Positions 38,701 through 52,419 of a stretch of 64,000 bases of DNA are shown piece after piece. This DNA comes from Trichoplax adhaerens (taxonomy: Eukaryota > Animalia > Placozoa), in contig NW_002060944.1 of the NCBI RefSeq assembly GCF_000150275.1, positions 7,640,735-7,704,734 of the forward strand. Direction: 5' to 3'. The translations under genes were made by a program, and so were the position numbers. Within the stretch, counting starts at the first letter, position 1; every line of letters starts with the position of its first letter. The notes beneath the pieces were generated by a model, which worked only from the letters and a program-made list of their open reading frames with translations, did no database searches and was not told where the DNA came from.

Positions 38701-41700
38701 ACAATACAGTAATCAATATCATGTAATATTAGGATATGAATTAAATCTATTTGGATTGCCTTTTAGAAATTAGGTATTTTATCAATTTTGGACGAAGAAA
38801 GTATCTATCCTAAAGCCTCTGATAAGACATTTATTGAAAAATTGAAGAAAAATCACGACGGAAAATCGCCTAAATTTAAACTTCCAAAAATGTCTTCTAA
38901 AAACAAGGCACACTTTGAAATCGAGCATTATGCTGGAACAGTACGTACTGATAATTTAAAAAATTTAGTGAGAAGTTTCCATATACTGAGTGTCCTTAAT
39001 GAACCCATAAAACTAGGTCGGATACACTGTGATGGGATGGTTAGAAAAGAATAAAGATCCTTTAAACGACAGCGTTGTTGATTTATTAAGAAAATCAACA
39101 GATCCAATCATTGCTAGTTTATTTGCAGACCATCAGCCTGAAGGTAAATGAAGATTGCAGGACTAAATTAAGCTTTCTTATTCTAAAAAGCCTAATCTAT
39201 GTTTACGACACAAAAGAAGTCTTGTGTTTAATATGGGTTACTAGGTTTTAACTTTAGTTAAATGCTATTCTGACATACGCAATTATAGCAACTTGTACAC
39301 TCCATCCAAACTTAATACCACTGCACATGGAAAAATGCCTTTTAACCATGCTTAGATAATTTAAATTTATAATTTATTGTCTGTTTATATAGGCAGTCGA
39401 AAGAAGGGTAGTCAGTTTTTGACAGTCAGCCAGCTCCACAAGGTAGGTTTGATTCTGATCTAATTCAAATTTGAAAACATAACAGAGTCTCTCGACACTG
39501 ATTATTAAACCAATAAGCCAAAAAATAGCTTTATTTGCGTGTTTTAGACAGAAATTGATTCATAGTAAACAAAAATAATTGCAATTCAATCGCAATAAAC
39601 TGATAATATTTCCTAAAATATTTCACAGGAACAACTGGAAAAATTGATGGTCAATTTACGAAATACCACGCCACATTTCGTACGTTGCATTATACCAAAT
39701 GAGAAGAAAAAGCCAGGAATCATTGAAGCAAATCTCGTTCTACATCAATTACGTTGTAATGGTGTACTAGAGGGCATAAGAATTTGTCGTAAAGGTTTTC
39801 CAAATAGAATTATATTTTCCGAATTTAAACAGCGGTAATTGTAAATTATAATTTTTATACTGCATACCCACCCACAATCATTCACTTCAATACATACTGT
39901 AGGTAGACTAATAGAATTTCGGTATTTCGTTTATTTCACTATGCAACAGCTATGCAATTCTGGCACCAGGTGCTATTCCTTCCGGAATGTTTATGGATGG
40001 CCGAAAGGCAGCTGCTAAACTTGTTGATGCCCTTCAATTAGAGCCCAATGAATTTAGAATGGGAACAACTAAGGTTAGCTTGATAGCGTCACTTTATTTT
40101 CCACGAAAATTATTTTATTTTTACGCTCAATGGACTAGGAAATGGAATAATTTTTAACTCGACATTGTATTCTAATTTAAAGTTGTCACGAATGTTATTG
40201 AAGTAAAATTATTATTTACTTCCATGATCAGGTATTCTTCCGTGCTGGTGTTATTGGAAGACTTGAGGAATCTCGTGATGAAAAATTATACGCTATCCTT
40301 TCCAAATTTCAAGCGCGCATGAGAGGTTTTCTGATGAGAAAAACCTTCCAAAAAATGCAGGAGCAAAGGTTAGCTAGTGAACATATATGGGCTAATTTAC
40401 AGGCCTACAGTGGCTATATGAGAAATATTGTAAGTTATGACCTTTTTTGGTTATAATCTTCCTTTCAAATGACACATAGATCTGGGTTGCAAATCATTCA
40501 ACGTAACGTTCGCAAATATATTGTACTGCGTAATTGGCAATGGTGGAGATTATTTACCAAGGTATGTACAAATTGGAACAAATATAAAGTTAAAGTACTG
40601 TATAGATATTATTGCGATTGTAATCACTTTTACATCTACTCTGACTGGAATTGTGTACAGAAAGACTATCGGTATCGCCTTTAGTGTCTGCTTATTACAA
40701 TATTTCGTCATTATTTTAGGTTAAACCATTACTTAATGTTGCACGATCAGATGAAGAACTAAAACACATGCAGGAAGAGGTAAATGCAGGACCGAACTAT
40801 AGTGAAGGAAACCTGACTTCGTCAATCTTAATTAATCTTTAGCAATTAAATTTTACTTCTACTGCCGTTGTAGTTAACTACAAGAATAAACATTTTATTA
40901 TAAATAAATCCTCTATAATATTTAATTTACATTTAAATATCAAAATCGTAATGTTGCTATCGATAGCTTAATCGAACTTTGGATAAGTCACAAAAAGAAG
41001 AATCACTCCGAAAAGATCTTGAGGAGCAAAACACAAAATTGGTGGAAGAAAAGCAACAGCTATTTATGGATTTACAAAGGGTAAGATGCAATAATACAAG
41101 TCCAATGTTGTGCTTAATGTGGTTAATACTGTACTAAAATATAAACGATTCATTCTTGTACTTATTCTCAATGAAATTGCAATTCTGGACAATATTATTA
41201 ATAGGAACAAGATGCTTACGCTGATGCTGAGGATAAAATTGTCAAATTGGAAAGCATTAAGAACGATATGGAAAGTCAAATACAAGAGTTAAATGACCAA
41301 TTAGAAGAAGAAGAAGACAACAACGCTCAAATATCACAAGTTAAGCGTAAGCTAGAAGCTGAAGTTGAAAACCTACGTACAGACATAGAAGATATAGAGG
41401 CTGCGTTGCAAAAGGTTACATCTGAAAGCCTAAATATATCTGATTTACAGTATTATCATATATCAACTTTGAAGTATTTTTCGAATTTCTTAATTAATAA
41501 ACTCATTCTTATAGTCTGATCAAGAAAAACAAGCTAAAGATGATGCTCTTCGATCAATAACTACGGAGCTAGATGAATGTCAGGAAGCAGTAGACGCCTT
41601 GACTAAAGATAAGAAAGCATTGGAAGAGAAAGAATTAGTAAGATCCAATCGTTCAACTTCAATTAAATTTCATGATTTTTATTGTAGCTAGAAAAAGCGT

Positions 41701-44700
41701 TTAACCATTAATTGAAATTAAATTAGGAATTGAGCAATTTGTTAGAAGCTGAGGAAGATAAAAGTAACCATTTGACTAAAGTTAAGAACAAGTTAGAAAC
41801 TTCACTGGAAGAGGTATCTTACTTGTCAAAAATGCCACATCAAGATATAAAATGCGCTATTAACAATTAGCTTTGCACATCACAACAACTTGATATAAAA
41901 TTTTCGAACACTTTTTAGTTACAATCGCATTTGGATAGCGAAAAGAAACATACATCAGATTTAGATAAAGCTAAGAGAAAGCTTGAATCTGAAGCTAAGG
42001 TATATCTATTACGCTAAATGACGATCAGTATTCGTAAAAATGTGACATGAAAAGTTTACTGAATGAAATCATCATGTGGTGCTTGAACTAACAGCCATAA
42101 AATTTTACTCTTTTATTAATAGGTAGCAAATGAGAAGATAAATGAAATGGAAGGCAACGTTAAATTAGCTGAGGAAACAATTCACAAGTTAGTTGTGGTT
42201 TTGCTTGACAATTTTTACTACATTTAGAGTGAAATCAGTGGAAGTTGCCACTAATGCATTCGTTTTATTATATATAAATAAGAGTTTCATCCCATTTTGA
42301 CTTTTTAGTTACTGTACGTAGATAGTTGAAGATCTTGTGAGGATAGCATAAAAACAATCATCCGTAAATAGCTAGATCAGTTATATACTGTGTATCATTA
42401 TATTAGGTTCGACTTTAGTGGAGCATTACAACATTAAAACAGTTTTCTCGCTAACATTTAGAAATATATTATATCTTTTTACAAGTTACGAGTATAATAA
42501 TTAATTACTGTATATCGTTAAATAACGACATTAACTATTATTGGAGCTAAAGATGATTTATTTTTGGGATTTATTAGGAGAGATAATGAAATTTCCAAAC
42601 TTGGACAAAGCTTGGAGGATGAAAGAACTACAGTAGCAGCATTACAGAAGAAGCTTCGCGAAGCTCAGGTAAATAATATTACATTGACATCAGTATTCCA
42701 GATATCACTTATATGATGCATAAATCGCTCAGTAAAATTTACACTAATAAACATTATTTCATTCTTGCTTATTAGTCTCGCATTGACGAATTAGAAGAAG
42801 AATTCGACAACGAACGTGTACTAAAATTAAAAGTACGATCGCTAGTTGCTAAAATATTTCAGATCATTTAGAAAGATATCGTAGACGTAGATTTTGCCGT
42901 GAGCTATCCTAATTAAAGTATTACTGGTTATCATTAGATCGAGAAACAAAAAGCTGAGTTATTACAAGAACTTGATGAACTGAATGAGAAATTAGATGAA
43001 GCAGGAGGAGCACATGTTCTCCAGGTAAATTTGGATGAAGTTTACATATAGCAGTACAATGTTCTAGTAAACATGATCGTACTTCGCTTTAAGGCTTTAA
43101 ATCCAAATATTGATTGATTACTGACGGCTTTAATCCTTATACAGACTGATTTAACTAAAAAACGAGAGGCAGAAATTAATCGATTACAATCTGAAATTGA
43201 AAGTCGTACTAAGCAGCATGGAAGTCAGGTTGCCAGTATGAAAAAGAAACACAATGAAATTATCGATGAATTAGAGAATCAAGTTGAAACTTTGCAGCGA
43301 GCTAAGAACAAGTAAGGCCTTTGCCTTCAATTGCATAAGATTATAATTATGCTTGCATTTAATCTTAAAAACCCATCTTATAATGTCAACATAGAGCGGT
43401 TAATAACTTACCCGTTGAATCATTTCATTTTGCTGTCTTCTACTGTTTAATTTTATAGGTTAGAAAGTGAAAAGCAACATCTTTCTGGTGATCTAGATGA
43501 ATTACAAAGTAACCTAGAATCACTGACTAAAGCGAAGGTTTGTATTCCTGGCTTCTGTATTTCCAATCGTACCGTAAAAATATTGCCATTTGATAAATAT
43601 CTGCATTTCTAATCATTTCTTAATTAGAATTCCAGCGATAAGCAATTGAGGCAGTTAGATGAACAGTATAATGAAGCCTCTGCTAAGGTAATGCTTGAAA
43701 GGAAAGTTTGTTTTCCATTTCTTGTTATATCGTACTCGCTAGCATTGTGTTAATAAATCCGACTCGATTCTACATTTTTGTTTAATTATTAACTAATATT
43801 TAAATTTTAGGTTGATGAACAGGAGAAAATTATCGCCGATTTACAGGCAGCACTGCAACGTTTGCAAGCTGAGAATAATGAATTATCTGAACAAGTGGAA
43901 GATGGCGAGTCCAAAATTAATTCATTAACGAAAGCTAAAAAAGGACTTGAAAGCCAATTGGAAGAATTGAAACGTAAATTTGAAGATGAATCTCAGGTAA
44001 TATTATTTGATGCTATATATAGAGTTGATTCTTGACTTATGATAGAGTAATGTGGGACAAAATCCATACCATAATGCCATAACATTTTTGGTCTTATCTT
44101 CGGTAAATTGATAGGCACGATCTAGTGTTTCTAATAACGTTAAGAATTTACAAGCTGAACTAGAACAAACACAAGAATTACTTGATGAAGAACAAGAAAG
44201 TAAAGCTGAATTACAACGTCAGTTAACAAAAGCAAATGCAGATGCAGCTACTTGGCGTAATAAGTATGAAATTGATGGCGCGCAACGAGTGGAAGAACTC
44301 GAAGATATCAAGTAAGAATTTACAATTTAATGACATAACTAATAAAAAATTTCATTATAAAATAGTCCATTATAATCGTTGCTGGTATAGTGTATAATAG
44401 TAATGTTTACTCTAAACTGTTTCTTGGTAATCTGATGTGTTTAATTGCATTTTATTTAAATACATAGGCGTAAATTGACAGCAAAATTAACTTCCGCTGA
44501 AGAATTAGCTGATGAATTTCAAATGAAATTTTCAAGCGCAGAGAAATCTAAAAATCGTTTATCTACTGAAATGGAAGATTTACTGCTTGACTTAGAAAGG
44601 GTAAGTACTACATTTTGGTAGCTATAGTTGAGTTATTTCGATTGTAATTAAAAAAAATGTATTGAACAATGATCGCTAAGTATCTCATGATATGATACCT

Positions 44701-47700
44701 AAAAACTCTACAATGAAGAAATTTTGGAATTAATTTTTAATTTTATTTTGACAATGTATCATTCTAGGCTCAAAACCAGTGTGCTGCTATGGAGAAAAAA
44801 CAACGCAAAGTTGATGCGCAGACCGCTGAATGGAGGAATAAGCACGATACATTAACTATTGATTTAGAGAATGCACAACGTGAATACAGAGAGCAATCCA
44901 CTGAGGTATATCTTGTTGTTAAATGAAAGAGATAGCAATAGGATTTCGTAAATTTTATCATTTTAATCTTCTCAACCTTTAACTTGATCTCTGAATGTAG
45001 TTATTTAGAGTTAAAGGCAGCTATCAAGAAACTGCCGAATTAGTTGACGGATTACGCCGAGAGAATAAGCAATTGCAAAGTATATTCTTTTGAGCTATAA
45101 CTAGTCATTCCGATATAAATTTTAATTAGAACTATATTGACTTACATATTCTAGATATCATCTACTTTAAGTATGATAAATTAACTAATTTGTTAACTCT
45201 GAATTTATAGATGAGTTGAGCGATTTATCGGAGCAATTGAATTCAGATGGTCGAAATGCAGCCGAAATAGAAAAAGTACGTCGAAAATTAGAAGTTGAAA
45301 AAGAAGAGATAGCCCTGTTGCTAGAAGAAGCCGAAGCTAGTTTAGAACAAGAAGAGAATAAAGTTCTTCGCATGCAACTGGAACAGTCGCAATTAAAACA
45401 AGAATTTGAACGACGAATTCATGAAAAAGAAGAAGAAATGGAAGGATTACGGTAATTTCTGTACTGTTATGATATTCTAATGGATAGTTTACCAGGCTAC
45501 ATATAGTAACAATTACGTTCAGTTTAATATCCAATAAGCGCTGTAGTATAGCAATAGCTTCCGGGAAATAGATTTATAATTGATATATTTTCCATTCCAT
45601 AGTAAAAATCATCAACGTCAACTTGAGGCCGTTAATAACAGTTTGGGATCTGAATCGAAATCTAAGTCTGAACAGGTAAAGAAGATACCGTATTAAATCA
45701 AATAATCTTAGAATAAATTCTAAATATAGCTAAAATGAAGAATTTTTAAGCTCTTAAATGACAATTTGAACGATCTAGCATTAAATTTCATTTACTGAAA
45801 GGAAATTTTATTTATACTTAGATTCGCTTAAAGAAAAAATTAGAAGCCGAAATTACCGAATTGGAATTAACCTTAGAAGCTGCTAACAAGGTCATCATCC
45901 CTAATAAATTACAAAAATGATATTTTAGCTAGCCGATTATATTCATATTATTAAATAAAATTAGAACTAAAATTTCAAATATACTTCTATAATTTTAAAA
46001 TTGCAGAGTAATGCTGATTTGAATCGGTCAGTCAAAAAGTATCAATCCCAAGTTAAGGTAATAAAATCGATGGCATTTTAAAAAATTAATTAACGCTGTA
46101 CAGGGCTAAAATTACTCAATAAATACTCAAAGCTTTAAGAAAATGTATAATTACAGTTCATTTTCAGAAGATTTTCAATTTATTGATGACTCGGATCACG
46201 CTTATGATGTTATAAATTTATTTTCATATAGGAATTGCAATCTATGATTGATGATGAGCAAAGAGTGCATGAAGATTATCGGGATAAAGTACAAAAGGCC
46301 GAGCGAAGAGCTAATGACGTCCTTGGAGAATTGGAAGATTTAAGAGCCTCACTTGAACAGGTTTTTAATTATCTTACTTGTGTAATATAGTCTAGCATGA
46401 AAGATGATTGATTAATTGTAAATATACCATTACAATAACATCCCTCTTTCTCATGGTGAGATTATAATTAAAATTACTTCCTATAATTTAATTAATTAAT
46501 TAAATCTTCAATAGTCGGAACGTGTTCGAAAACAACTGGAAGTTGATCAGATTGATCTGCAAGAAAGAGTTCAAGATCTAACAACTAGTAACTCTGCTGC
46601 TCTTGCAACCAGAAAGAAGTTGGAAACGGAAATTGAAAGCTTACATGTAAATTTATTTATGTCTCGACTGTATAAATTGTTCAATTTTGCAGACAGCTAT
46701 CCATCTTTAAGTATTAATTGGAAGCTTGGTAAATCATTTTAGGAAGAAATTGAAGAATTAGAAGGCGAAGCTAAAAGCGCTGAAGATAAATATAAACGTG
46801 CCAATGAACAGGTTTGTAAAACAAAGCAATGGAGTTTAATGGATATAGACATTACTGTATATGTCCCAATTAATAATAATTATTTATTATGAAAGAAAGT
46901 ATGAGTAAAATTATATCTAATATTTTATTTTTCGCTTACAGATTGCTAGACTAACATCAGAGATCGCAACAGAGCATGACGAGGTTTCAAACTCCTCAGT
47001 AATAATGCAGCATTGGAAAAGCAAATGAAAGAAATGGAAGCTAAACTTAATGATAGCGAACTAGCTGGTGGCAAGGCATCGAAACGCCATGTTACTAAGT
47101 TGGAAGCTAGAGTACGTTTCGTATATATGAAATTAAGATGACATTTATTAGGATAGAATCTAAGCATTAATTAAGCTGCCAGATATATAAATAGTAATTT
47201 CGTATGGCTTTTGGTATTTACATATGTCATGTTACTATTTCATTTATCGGAATAGATTCGTGAATTGGAAGCTGATCTTGAGGCAGAAACGAAGCAAAGC
47301 CAAGAAGCTACTAAGCAATTGCGTAAGAATGAACGCCGTCTGAAGGAATTGCAATTTAGCGCGGAAGAAGATCGCAAGAACTTAGAGCGTACGCTGGCTG
47401 CAGCAGAAAAGAATAATCATAAGATGAGAGTACTTAGACGACAGCTTGATGAAGCTGTAAGTTGAAAGTATCAGTAGCAGCCTTCAATGATCTGTGAACT
47501 ATGTTTCACCATGTGCAATATACAACTCAATACTTTGAAAATTGTGCTTTATTTCAATTGATTTCGCATTTTAATATGTTATGCAATAGGAGGAGCAAAC
47601 TACACAGTATCAATCTAAAGTAAGAAAATTACAGCATGAGATAGAAGAATGTGAGGAAAGAGCAGAAGCTGCAGAGTCGGCATTAGCTAAAGCTAAATCT

Positions 47701-47992
47701 CGAGCTCGTATAGGTGCTGGGTCAGGAGTCGGTGGAAGGAGATTATCGGGCCGACCAGGAAACGATTATTATAGGGTAAAAAATAATCTTATTTAAGCTG
47801 TTAGCAATTCTACTCTGGAGCACTGTTTACTGGATATTCGAGTTGTATTTAAAAGGATATGTTGAAGCAGCCCTTTTAACCAATAAATACTTTTATTTTT
47901 GATAAACGTAGTCAAGAAGATCAGAATCTGGAGAATTTAATAATAGTAACAGTACAAGTGTCAACGAAAATGAAGGACAAGAGTCCGATTAA
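32736..47992 (+). CDS. Mhc: Myosin II heavy chain, striated-muscle type (ST-MyHC), ~50 exons, complete motor domain, IQ region, coiled-coil rod and tailpiece
   Basis: P-loop [15 protein letters not shown], switch I NNNSSRFGKF, switch [19 protein letters not shown] and [18 protein letters not shown] are present, followed by a long heptad rod. [10 protein letters not shown] and FIRVHFG..GKIAGAD are striated-type signatures (the non-muscle type has LERQLLQANP / FIRINFD). First exon 32736-32900; last exon 47912-47992 ends QESD*. Confidence 0.97.
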
Positions 47993-50640
47993 ACTAGTTA
48001 TCAGAATTAAAGGCCATATTTATAAGGATGTTGTATTTTAGCTGTTAAATAGTTCATTTAAGACTTTTAAGCAGTTTGGCATCTAAAACCGACTCCATTT
48101 TCATTTGGTATCAACTATGTTGAGGAAAATTTTTACTATATGTATCCAATTGTCTGTCCTTTAACTGTAAACTTAATTACTCCTGGCGATTTACATTGAC
48201 GATGTTGTAATTGTGTTTTATGAAATTATTACTGTTACTGTTTGGAAATGGTTAGTAGTTGATATTGGATAGCGATATTAATGCTATTAGTGCTATTTGT
48301 ATCGACAAAATGTGGCAAAGTTAGTAATTTCTGTATGTACGTATATAATGAATGTCTTAATTGTAATCTTTTTGCTAATTACATTAAGTCGTTGGTTAAA
48401 TGAAACCTTGGTCAAAGCCTGTCTAGTTCTGTTTCAAACTTGATATAGTCGCTTATCAGCTCATATTCACTCTTGCATTATCTAAAAATGTTCGACTTTC
48501 TACTGAATGGAATATTGCTTGTGTTAAAAATATTTGCTGTTCTGGAGTTTAACTGTACTACTTGTAATATTGTGGTTTAGTGTTTTTTTGGATAGTATTT
48601 TTCCATGCATGGTTGGGATTTAACTGTTTTTAATTTTCATTTATAATCAGCCTACATATTTTACAATGTTAGTTCTCTCTTGCAATAATAACTAATGATA
48701 GCTGGAATTTTTTATTTTATTTGTTTTTCAATTATCATTGAATGATAAATAGGTCGATTTTAGGTACTAAAGCCTTTTCTGGTTTTGAGTGGTTATCTTA
48801 AGTTTAATATAGTTGGAATGAATGATTATTGCCGTGATAATCACCATTTCAGTATATTTAATCGGTAATAGTCTTTGAAATACACTTGTCATCTGCATCT
48901 TCAAGTGCTTACTGTAAAAGAATATTTTATATTTTATTACATTTTTGTAGTATGGGATAAGATAAGCCTGTTGATATTTTAGTAATAACATGGTACCATA
49001 AAATGATTAATTACTGAGAAGTCGTTTTATTTCTTTACCATCTTCACTTCTGTGGATTATGTCAGGGCTGATGGATATCCTTAGTAATCTGTTATGTTAG
49101 TGCAAGTCGTGAATTGATATAAAGATTAGATTATTTCCGTAAATGTATACAGGCATGATTGAAAAGATACAGTAGTAGTTGAGGTTCTAATCTATCTATA
49201 TAAGATATCATTATTGTATGATTATATTATTAGTAAGGTAAGCAGCAATTGATAGCTCTGTTTCTGCGAAATATATTAGCATGATATTATACTTTAGCGC
49301 TTATACTCTTTCGACTATACTGCTACTGCATGGTGCTATTCCTTCACCCATTAAGTGTGACAAAATCTCCAATTTTATGATTCTCCTATACAGTCTAGTG
49401 TTATATATACATCAATCACGCAGGTTACCGTACTGCATTGATTAGTAGATAATATAATTCCATATACCTTGGGTTATCCATATATCCATCAATGAGCGTT
49501 GTTATGGAGATTGATTCCATTTTATCCATGCATTATTCGATTATTTGAGTCAGTCATTAAGTTCATTAATTAATAGGGATCCATTCTGTTCGCATGCTGC
49601 GTGCTGTAGTTAGTCAGATATATACCATTGCATGATATAAGAAGTACTGTTCTATACCGATGAGGTTTACGAGATATACTCTACAACACCGTTTGAAATC
49701 TATATAATGTAATTGATATGCCTAACTTGAGATTTATGTATAATTGTTAATCTATTAGATAAAGTGCTGGTTCATTTTCGTTTCAGCAAAAAAATCCACT
49801 ATATAGTACATCAAGACTGTATAATTACTTAACCTGCTTTGCTGAAGACTATGAGAGCATATATGTACGAAATAAGTTTGCAGATGATGATAAAGGAAAA
49901 TGAGCTAAAATGCAACAGAATTGTGTAAGACGGCCAGTAATCATCAGCTTTATGAAGCAAGTCTAGCGTAACTTAGGTCTTTAATTAATTGGTATTTTTT
50001 GAATACCAAATAATAATTTTTAATTTTTTAACACAGATATTATGTAGACATTAGGTATATCTACCCGTACAGCACAAAGATTTAGATCGATGATTCGTAT
50101 TTCTTGAATATACAATTTTAGTCTCATTTTTACGCAGCCGTTGTGTGAATTATAATATCTACCATGAAGAGGGATAAATCATGATTTGGCAGTCTAGATC
50201 TATAAGATTTTTTAAATGTAAAGTTACAGTTTAATTTCTGTGGTTATACTCGTATAAAGTGAATAGAAAATGGTTTTGGTCGATATTATTTCTTGAACAT
50301 ATAACTGGGTTTCATTTTTATACAATGGTTCTGCGCTCATGAATTGGATAGAAAAAAGGTCGATCCTATTTCTCAAATTTCAAAATTACGATTTAATTTT
50401 ATACAATGGCTATGGGAATTTTAATTAAAGTATATCGTAATTTAGATTTATAATTAATAGGTGTATCTTGAATGCAAAAAGGCGATTTGATTTTGACCCA
50501 GGCGTTCTATAAATTATTGTTATAGTGCATATACTGTATATAATCAAGGCATGCTTACGATCCAGCCAAAATGAAATGTTTCAGGTCTATCATACACATA
50601 TTTCTTGCATGCAACATTTCAGTTGAACTAATTTTACATG

Positions 50641-51065
50641 TCCGTTACGTGAATTATGATATACGTATAATTAATGCTTGCTGACCATTCTTACAATAGG
50701 ATGTAGAAGAGGTCGATAAAATTGCTAGCGTGTATGCAAGATTGAAATTGAAATTCTCTTGTACATCCGTTGTATGAATTTTGATATACGTATAATTAAT
50801 GCTGGCTGATCATTCTTACAATAGGATGTAGAAGAGGTCGATAGAATTGCTAGCATGTATGCAAGATTGAAATTGAAATTCTCTTGTACATCCGTTATAT
50901 GAATTTTGATATACGTATAATTAATGCTTGCTGATCATTCTTACAATAGGATGTAGAAAAGGTCGATAGAATTGCTAGCATGTATGCAAGATTGAAATTG
51001 AAATTCTCTTGCACATCCGTTATGTGAATTTACATACGTGTTTATTAATGCATGCTGACCATTGC
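50641..51065. repeat. Tandem repeat, 125 bp unit, ~3.4 copies
   Basis: tccgtt..tgaatt.tgatatacgtataattaatgct.gctga.cattcttacaataggatgtagaagaggtcgata.aattgctagc.tgtatgcaagattgaaattgaaattctcttgtaca starts at 50641, 50766, 50891 and 51016, with degenerate flanks (~50600, ~51137). Confidence 0.96.
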
Positions 51066-51422
51066 CTCCATAGAAAGTGATTTCCATCGGTAGCACTTCT
51101 TGCAGGTAAGAAAAATTGAATATTAATTTTCTACAGCCGTTTTATGAATTGAATATAAAATGCTAATCTTATTTCTTATAATTAAAGTTGGACTTTTAAT
51201 TAACTTGCATACCGCCATTCTGTCATTCATGCGTGTTTTAAAAGCGGACATTATTTTATTTTTCAAATGAAACATAATAAAGCAATCATTGGTTGCCAAG
51301 TACGCTAAAATTCAGAGACGAGGCCGATGCGTCTACGGGCTACATCAAAAAAAGATGTTGTATCGCTAAACAAATAATAACAGTTTTAGTGTTGCTTCAG
51401 TTCTTGCGACCTGGAGCATGTT

Positions 51423-52036
51423 GACGGGCTCGACTGAGTACCATGTCGTACAGTACTGTAGAAAGATTTCGGATATTGATATTTTGGCCAATATATTTTA
51501 TGACTACGTTAAAACTATTAGGCTGTATGTCATGCAACGTTCTAAAGTTTCTATACGTCAATTCTATATCAATCAATCGATTAATCAAGCAAAACAAGCT
51601 ATTCTACCTAATTCTACCAGCAGTAAGCAAAACTGGATTCGCATGGACCGGCCCGACTGATGCACAAAGTCGTCCAGTACATACTGTAGAAAGATTTCGG
51701 ATATTGATATTTTAGCCAATTTACTTTATGACCACTTTAAAACTATTAGGCTGTATGTCAAGCAATGATCTAAAGTTTCTATACATCAATTCTATATCAA
51801 TCAATCGATTAATCAAGCAAAACAAGCTATTCTACCCGCAGTAAGCAAAACTGGATTCGCACGGACGGGCTCGACTGATGCACCATGTCGTACAGTACTG
51901 TAGAAAGATTTCGGATATTAATATTCTCGCCAATTTACTTTATGACTACTTTAAAACTATTAGGCTGCATGTCATGCAATGATCTAAAGTTTCTATACAT
52001 CAATTCTATATCAATCGATCGATTAATCAAGCAAAA
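51423..52036. repeat. Tandem repeat, ~220 bp unit, ~2.8 copies
   Basis: gacgggctcgactga...tactgtagaaagatttcggatatt...aaaactattaggctg...tctaaagtttctata...tcgattaatcaagcaaaa starts at 51423, 51646 and 51864. The ORFs at 51443 and 51885 are near-duplicates for this reason. Confidence 0.96.
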
Positions 52037-52419
52037 GTTGGATTGCCATGGAGCTTCGTCACCATGACTATTAAGATAGGATTTGAGCTAACCATGGTAA
52101 GCATCTGTTGCACCAGCCATGCCCTACCCTACAGTTTCCTTGCCATTGCAATATGAGCTTTTTCATAGAAAAGGCTATAGCCTGGCTATTGACTTTGAAC
52201 ACAGTACTATCCATATTGGACTGTCTCTGACGTGTATCACTCATCATACTATCTATAGCCGTAGTGTCAGCGGTTCCTTTGTTTCATTGTTTGAAAATGG
52301 TTCGAATGGCATGGGAGTTGATGCGAGTGGATGGGGACAACCGTCATCGCGTCAGTCATCATTCCTACAGCCGTGGGCGAGTCATTTCCAAAGATGATGT
52401 CACCTGTAGCGATTGACTT

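Noticed and set aside
50641-52036. Tandem arrays as CRISPR-like or coding repeats (ORFs at 51418, 51443, 51885)
   Set aside because: The units are contiguous with no unique spacers, the context is eukaryotic, and the ORFs are not preserved between copies.
52091-52102. ACCATG|GTAAGC, resembling the ATG-only exon of XPO6
   Set aside because: No phase-0 acceptor was found that puts it in frame with the Sidekick coding exons.
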